Source: Candidatus Pacearchaeota archaeon
Lineage (GTDB): Archaea; Nanobdellota; Nanobdellia; Pacearchaeales; JAPDKA01
NCBI GenBank assembly: GCA_038817835.1
Contig: JAWAZI010000003.1
Location: forward strand, 5,074 to 69,073
DNA length: 64,000 nt
Reading direction: 5' to 3'
The position numbers were made by a program, and so were the translations under genes. This document shows positions 59,249 through 64,000 of this stretch, piece by piece (the first letter of the stretch is position 1; every line of letters starts with the position of its first letter). The notes below the pieces were generated by a model. The model saw only the letters and a list, made by a program, of their open reading frames with translations, was not told the DNA's origin and ran no database searches.

Positions 59249-59686
59249 ATGTTGAAAAAACATATTTTTTTTGCTATATTATTTTTATTTCTTTTTTTGC
59301 TTGACAGAATAACAAAAATTTTATTTTTAAATAAAAATTTTGAAAAAAATAAAGGAAGTTTTTTTGGGATATTACAGAATTTTCAACTATTAATAATAAT
59401 TTTATCTATATTTATGATATTTTTCCTTATTTATTATTATTTCAAAGAAAAAAATTTTTATTTTAGATTAGGTTTAATATTTATTATTTCAGGAATATTT
59501 TCAAATTTATTTGATAGAATTTTTTATGGCTATGTAATTGATTGGATAAGTTTTTTTAATTTTTCAATTTTTAATATTGCTGATTGTTATTTATGCATTG
59601 GTATAATTTTATGTTTAGTAAGTTTTTTAAATTTAAAAAACATTAATAAAAAAATAAAAATTAAAATATCAAAGCTAAAAAGCTAA
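59249..59686 (+). CDS. lspA: lipoprotein signal peptidase (signal peptidase II) homolog
   Basis: LLDRITK (D-x-x-T/SK), NKGSFFG, GIFSNLFDRIFYGYVIDWISF (GGALGNxxDR...GxVVD) and FNIADCYLCIG (FNxAD) blocks, both catalytic Asp contexts present; 4 TM helices. Confidence 0.65.
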   Translation: MLKKHIFFAILFLFLFLLDRITKILFLNKNFEKNKGSFFGILQNFQLLIIILSIFMIFFLIYYYFKEKNFYFRLGLIFIISGIFSNLFDRIFYGYVIDWISFFNFSIFNIADCYLCIGIILCLVSFLNLKNINKKIKIKISKLKS

Positions 59687-59742
59687 ATATTTCATCATTC
59701 AACTAAAAATAAAATTTTTGGCCTTTTCTTGGCCTTATTAAA

Positions 59743-60861
59743 ATGGGAAAATTAAGTCCAATATCAATAAAATATGTTATAAAAATAAAATTTGAGGCTG
59801 ATGGAACAGTAGAGAAACCAGATGTCATAGGAGCAATATTTGGCCAAACAGAAGGTCTTCTTGGAGAAGATCTTGAGTTAAGGGAATTACAAAAAAAAGG
59901 AAAAATTGGTAGAATAGAAGTTGAAATTCAGCAAGTTAATGATAAAGTAACAGGCATTATAGAAATTCCATCAGCATTAGATAAAACAGAAACAACATTA
60001 ATTGCAGCAGCTATTGAGACTATAGATAGAATAGGACCAACATTAGCAAAATTTAATGTTATAGAAGTTAAAGATGTAAGAGAAGAAAAAAGAAAATACA
60101 TAATAGAAAGAGCAAAAGAATTGCTTAAAAAAATATCAGAGCAAATACCAGAAACAAAAGAAATAGAAGAAGCTGTTAAATTAAAGCTAAAAGTTTCAGA
60201 TATTAAAGAAATAGGTAAAGAAAAATTACCAGCAGGAAATATAGAAGGAAATGAGATTATCGTTGTTGAGGGAAGGGCAGATGTTGTAAATTTGATAAAA
60301 TATGGAGTTGATAATGTTATAGCAATGAATGGAATGAAAGTAACTTCAGGACTTAAAAAAATAATAAAAGATAAAGAAGTAACTCTTTTCATTGATGGGG
60401 ATAGGGGAGGTTTACTTTTAGCAAAAAATTTTTTGAAAAGTAAAGCAAGAGTAGATTATATTGCCAGAGCACCAGATGGAAAAGAAGTAGAAGAATTAAC
60501 AGCAAAAGAAATTTATAATGCATTAAGAAAAAGAAAACCAGTTTTGGAATTTTTTGAAGAGATAAAAAAACCAGAAGAAAATAAAGAGATTTATAAAAAA
60601 ATAAAGCCATTCCTCGATGAAATAAAAAATACAAATAAAGCATATATTGTGGATAGTAACTTTAGATTAAGAAAAATATTTAGTATAACAAATTTAAAAA
60701 AAATTTTGAGGGATGAAGTTGAGAGAGGATATTGTTTAATAATTGATGGAAGTGTTGATGATTATATATTAGATCTCGCAGAGAGCAAGGGATATAAAAT
60801 AGTTGTAGCAAGAAATTTTTTAATAAAAAAATCTCATAAAATAAATTTACTAAGTTTCTAA
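59743..60861 (+). CDS. dnaG: archaeal DnaG-like primase (Toprim; exosome-associated)
   Basis: N-terminal FEADGTVEKPDVIGAIFGQTEGLLGEDLELRELQ (archaeal DnaG signature) and Toprim IVVEGRADVVNL...FIDGDRGG. Confidence 0.8.
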   Translation: MGKLSPISIKYVIKIKFEADGTVEKPDVIGAIFGQTEGLLGEDLELRELQKKGKIGRIEVEIQQVNDKVTGIIEIPSALDKTETTLIAAAIETIDRIGPTLAKFNVIEVKDVREEKRKYIIERAKELLKKISEQIPETKEIEEAVKLKLKVSDIKEIGKEKLPAGNIEGNEIIVVEGRADVVNLIKYGVDNVIAMNGMKVTSGLKKIIKDKEVTLFIDGDRGGLLLAKNFLKSKARVDYIARAPDGKEVEELTAKEIYNALRKRKPVLEFFEEIKKPEENKEIYKKIKPFLDEIKNTNKAYIVDSNFRLRKIFSITNLKKILRDEVERGYCLIIDGSVDDYILDLAESKGYKIVVARNFLIKKSHKINLLSF

Positions 60862-61902
60862 TTTTTCTTTTATTTTTATTATACCTTCTTTATGATTTAT
60901 ATCAAAACTCACAGGCAAAAATTTTTCTATAACCCATGCATTTGTTATTGCATGCTCTGTTATAAAACTTGTTTTTAAAATAGTTTCTTTTTTGAACTTT
61001 GTTGTAATATAAGCTAGGAATGGTAGAATCTGATCTGCAGCATGACTGTCGATTACTCCATTAAATTCATTTTTTAATTTCTCAATAACTTCTTTAGCTA
61101 TAATCTCACTCGATTTTCTTAATTCTCCTAGAGCGCTAACTCCTATTATACTTTTTTCTGCTTCTAGCCATAAACATAAAACAGCTCCATCGCTTTCTGT
61201 ATTTACATATTCTCCATTTAGATTTAATGGGATATTATTAAATATAGGTTCTTTTTTTATTTCTTCTTCTGAAAAATTTATCAATTTTTCAACAACTTTT
61301 TTTTGTTTTAATTTTTCACTTGCTACAGCATTTCCTTTTATACATTTAATTTTTCCTTTTTCATCAAAATTATTGTGTTTTAATTTTACATTTAGAAAAT
61401 TAAAATCAACAATACCTTTTCCTTTAGGGTAAAAGCCCCTTCTTATTATTTCTATTTTTGCCTCATAACCTATTTTTTTTAATAATTCTAGAAATACATA
61501 TTTTGTATAATCTATTGGTGGAGCAAAAGAGACATCAGTGCCTCCTATAATTCTTGCTTTAAATTTTTCTGCTTTAATTAAGCATGGCATTATTGTTTGC
61601 AATACTAGAGATATACTACCTGCTGTACCAATATCAATATTTATATCTTTAAATTCTAAATTTTTAGGTGCAAAATAAATTTCCTTACTTCCAATATAAT
61701 CATTTTTTACATCTGCATTTCCTAAAATTTTTGCAATTTTAATGCAAGCAAGATGTTGTGCTGCTAGTCCAGGATTTGGTCTATTTGCTCTTATATTTTT
61801 TAATATAAATGGCCTTTGTGTTAATAGGCTTAATGCAAGAGAAGTTCTTAATATTTGTCCACCCCCACTTCCATAAGATCCATCAATAATTATTTCATCC
61901 AT
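60850..61902 (-). CDS. rtcA: RNA 3'-terminal phosphate cyclase
   Basis: MDEIIIDGSYGSGGGQILRTSLALSLLTQRPF N-terminal signature; 350 aa. Confidence 0.8.
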   Translation of the reverse strand: MDEIIIDGSYGSGGGQILRTSLALSLLTQRPFILKNIRANRPNPGLAAQHLACIKIAKILGNADVKNDYIGSKEIYFAPKNLEFKDINIDIGTAGSISLVLQTIMPCLIKAEKFKARIIGGTDVSFAPPIDYTKYVFLELLKKIGYEAKIEIIRRGFYPKGKGIVDFNFLNVKLKHNNFDEKGKIKCIKGNAVASEKLKQKKVVEKLINFSEEEIKKEPIFNNIPLNLNGEYVNTESDGAVLCLWLEAEKSIIGVSALGELRKSSEIIAKEVIEKLKNEFNGVIDSHAADQILPFLAYITTKFKKETILKTSFITEHAITNAWVIEKFLPVSFDINHKEGIIKIKEKLET

Positions 61903-61932
61903 AAAAAATTATTTTTAATTTTATTTAAAAAA

Positions 61933-61940
61933 TTTATAAA
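61933..61940 (+). promoter_or_regulatory. candidate archaeal TATA box (TTTATAAA) about 27 nt upstream of initiator tRNA
   Basis: TTTATAAA centred about -27 from the tRNA 5' end. Confidence 0.35.
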
Positions 61941-61963
61941 GAAGAATTTTTTAAATTTTATAT

Positions 61964-62038
61964 AGCGGGGTAGAGCAGCCAGGAGTGCTCGCCGGGCTCA
62001 TAACCCGGAGGTCGGTGGTTCAAATCCACCCCCCGCTA
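61964..62038 (+). tRNA. initiator tRNA-Met (anticodon CAU), archaeal type with A1:U72
   Basis: agcgggg...ccccgct acceptor with A1:U72, three consecutive G:C pairs in anticodon stem (ccggg/cccgg), loop ctcataa. Confidence 0.85.
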
Positions 62039-62059
62039 TTTAAATTTAATTTTTAATTT

Positions 62060-62773
62060 ATGAAAATTTATTTTGGTTTAGATGATAGTGGAAGAGGCCC
62101 TGTTATTGGTCCAATGTTATTAGCAGGAGTTGCATTAAATGAAGAACAAAAATATTATTTAAAAAGTATAGGTGTTAAGGATAGTAAATTATTATCAAGT
62201 CAAAAAAGAAAACAATATGAGGAAGAAATTAAAAAAAATTGTTTAGCTTTTAAATTAATTAAAGTAACCCCTCAAGAAATTGATAAAAAATTAAATTATA
62301 AAATAAATCTAAATAAAATTGAAGCAATAAAATTTGCATCTATTGTTAATGAATTATATTTTGAATTGAAAAATAAATTTAATAAAATTAATCCAATAAT
62401 AATTGTTGATTGTCCATCTACAAATATAAAAAAATGGAAAGAATTTTTTGAGGAATATATAAATGATGAAATAAAGAAAAATTCTATGATTATTGTAAAA
62501 CATAAAGCAGAAAAACATGTATTTGTTGCTGCTGCAAGCATATTAGCTAAAGAAGAAAGAGAGAGAGAAATTGAGAAAATAAAAAAAGAAATTAATTTTG
62601 ATTTTGGTTCAGGATATCCTTCTGATCCAAAAACTATAGAATTTTTAAAATCAAAAAAATATAAAGAAATAGAGAAAAATAATTATTTTGTTAGACAATC
62701 ATGGAATACAATTAAAAAACTTAAAGAAGAGAAACAAAAAAAATTAAAAGATTTTTTTGTTATTTTTTTATGA
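62060..62773 (+). CDS. rnhB: ribonuclease HII
   Basis: GLDDSGRGPVIGPM N-terminal catalytic motif, DSK, and later catalytic Asp region. Confidence 0.85.
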   Translation: MKIYFGLDDSGRGPVIGPMLLAGVALNEEQKYYLKSIGVKDSKLLSSQKRKQYEEEIKKNCLAFKLIKVTPQEIDKKLNYKINLNKIEAIKFASIVNELYFELKNKFNKINPIIIVDCPSTNIKKWKEFFEEYINDEIKKNSMIIVKHKAEKHVFVAAASILAKEEREREIEKIKKEINFDFGSGYPSDPKTIEFLKSKKYKEIEKNNYFVRQSWNTIKKLKEEKQKKLKDFFVIFL

Positions 62774-64000
62774 TTAAAAAATTATATATTGAAGGATTCA
62801 AAAGTTTTGCTAAACCTACAGAGGTAATTTTTAATAATGGATTAAATGTGATAGTTGGCCCAAATGGAAGTGGAAAATCAAATATAATAGATGCAATATG
62901 TTTTGTTTTAGGTAGGCTTGCTATGAAAAGTTTAAGAACAGATAGAGCAAGTGGTTTAATATTTAAAGGAAAAAATATGTCTAATAGAGCGATAGTTAAG
63001 TTATGGTTTGATAATGCTAATGGAGATTTTACTATTGAGAATGAAAAACCTAAAGAGATTTTGATTGAAAGAATATTGAGAAGAGATGGAGTTAGTATAT
63101 ATAAGATAAATGGAAAAACAAAAACAAGAAATGAAATTCTTGAATTATTAAATCAGAAATCTTTAAGTCCATATGGCTTTAATATAATCCTTCAATCTGA
63201 AATTTTTAAGTTTGTTGAAATGAAACCAGAAGAAAGAAGAAAACTTATTGAAGATTTAGCTGGAATTTCTATTTATGAAACTAGAAAAGATAAAGCTATG
63301 AGAGAATTAGAAAAAACAGAAGAAAAGCTTAAAGAAGTAAAAACCATATTTAATGAAAAAAATAATTTTCTTAAAAATTTAGAAAAAGAAAGAAAACAAG
63401 CATTAATTTATAATAAATTAAAAAAACTTGAGAAAGATTTAAGATTTTCTATATTAAATAAAAAGAAAAATGAGAAAATAAAAGAAAAAGAAAAAATTAT
63501 TAAAGATATTGAGAAAGAAAAAAAAGAAATTGAGAAAAGAGACGAACAAATTATGAAACTTTTAGAGTTAATAGATAAAAATAAAAAAGAAATTGAAAAC
63601 ATTGATAAACATATACAAAATATTAGTGGAATCGAACTTGATAAACTTAATAAAGAGATTATCGAGTTAAGAACAAATTTTTCTAAATTAGAATTTAAAA
63701 AAAATTCTTTGATTAATGCTATAAAAAATAATGAAGAAAAAATTAAAAGCATAAGCGAAGAAATAGAAGAACTTAACAGAGAGATAGAAAATATAAGGGA
63801 AAGAGAGAAAGAAAAAATTGGAAAAGATAATGCAGAAATGCTTAAAGAATTAGATGCTAAAATAAACAAATTAAAAGAAAAATTGAATTATTTAGAAAAA
63901 AGAAAAGAATATTTGAATAATAATAAATTGCAATTATCATTACTTAATGAGAAATTAAATTTATTTAATAAAAATTTACTTGAAACTTCAAGTATTCTTG
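62770..64000 (+). CDS. smc: SMC chromosome segregation ATPase, N-terminal part (continues beyond window)
   Basis: MIKKLYIEGFKSFAKPTEVIF...GPNGSGKSNIIDAICFVLG Walker A followed by long coiled coil. Confidence 0.8.
   Translation, partial: MIKKLYIEGFKSFAKPTEVIFNNGLNVIVGPNGSGKSNIIDAICFVLGRLAMKSLRTDRASGLIFKGKNMSNRAIVKLWFDNANGDFTIENEKPKEILIERILRRDGVSIYKINGKTKTRNEILELLNQKSLSPYGFNIILQSEIFKFVEMKPEERRKLIEDLAGISIYETRKDKAMRELEKTEEKLKEVKTIFNEKNNFLKNLEKERKQALIYNKLKKLEKDLRFSILNKKKNEKIKEKEKIIKDIEKEKKEIEKRDEQIMKLLELIDKNKKEIENIDKHIQNISGIELDKLNKEIIELRTNFSKLEFKKNSLINAIKNNEEKIKSISEEIEELNREIENIREREKEKIGKDNAEMLKELDAKINKLKEKLNYLEKRKEYLNNNKLQLSLLNEKLNLFNKNLLETSSIL

Noticed and set aside
738-63869. Other short overlapping antisense ORFs in the track (738-923, 2377-2568, 4286-4525, 10574-10801, 11090-11293, 15638-15919, 20665-20914, 22657-22860, 24937-25500, 26560-26832, 33561-33944, 36400-36642, 40541-40723, 42230-42457, 47015-47506, 49743-50024, 51454-51826, 55664-55900, 57724-57912, 58886-59143, 59928-60643, 62296-62541, 63408-63869)
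   Set aside because: All lie inside longer ORFs with clear homology or domain structure and translate to low-complexity Ile/Leu/Phe/Ser-rich peptides expected from the antisense of AT-rich coding DNA.
1-64000. CRISPR arrays, integrases, transposases, prophage genes
   Set aside because: No regularly spaced direct repeats and no recombinase/transposase-like ORFs were found. The only tandem repeats are intragenic (18-bp duplication, low-complexity linkers).

Overview
AT-rich (~25-30% GC), gene-dense archaeal window. Archaeal hallmarks include RadA, RPA, TFE, a histone-fold protein, Sec61-beta, L18e/L21e/S15 ribosomal proteins, RpoD/RpoF, archaeal DnaG, Bud32, A1:U72 initiator tRNA, and class III (prepilin-like) signal peptides. 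The small genome and fragmented ribosomal clusters fit a DPANN-type symbiont. Housekeeping content: 8 aminoacyl-tRNA synthetase genes (hisS partial, glyS, leuS, aspS, alaS, proS), two split ribosomal-protein/RNAP clusters, 8 tRNAs, a candidate RNase P RNA, and DNA repair/replication genes (radA, rpa, nth, EndoQ-like, rnhB, dnaG, smc). The standout content is two large cell-surface gene modules (about 4.2-11.9 kb, minus strand, and 48.1-59.7 kb, plus strand). Each is built around a paralogous giant (1540 and 1786 aa) heavily N-glycosylation-sequon-rich beta-helix/LamG-type surface protein with secreted or membrane-anchored accessory proteins. There is also a translationally coupled operon of four prepilin-like genes behind a PIN-ATPase-KH gene, and a second prepilin-like pair. 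Bacterial-type genes unexpected in an archaeon are present: an intact GGDEF diguanylate cyclase fused in an operon with Bud32, an HPF/YfiA ribosome-hibernation factor homolog, and a lipoprotein signal peptidase LspA. Oxidative-folding genes (VKOR, Trx-CcdA) and anaerobic oxidative-stress genes (rubrerythrin, desulfoferrodoxin) round it out. No CRISPR array, integrase or transposase was seen.
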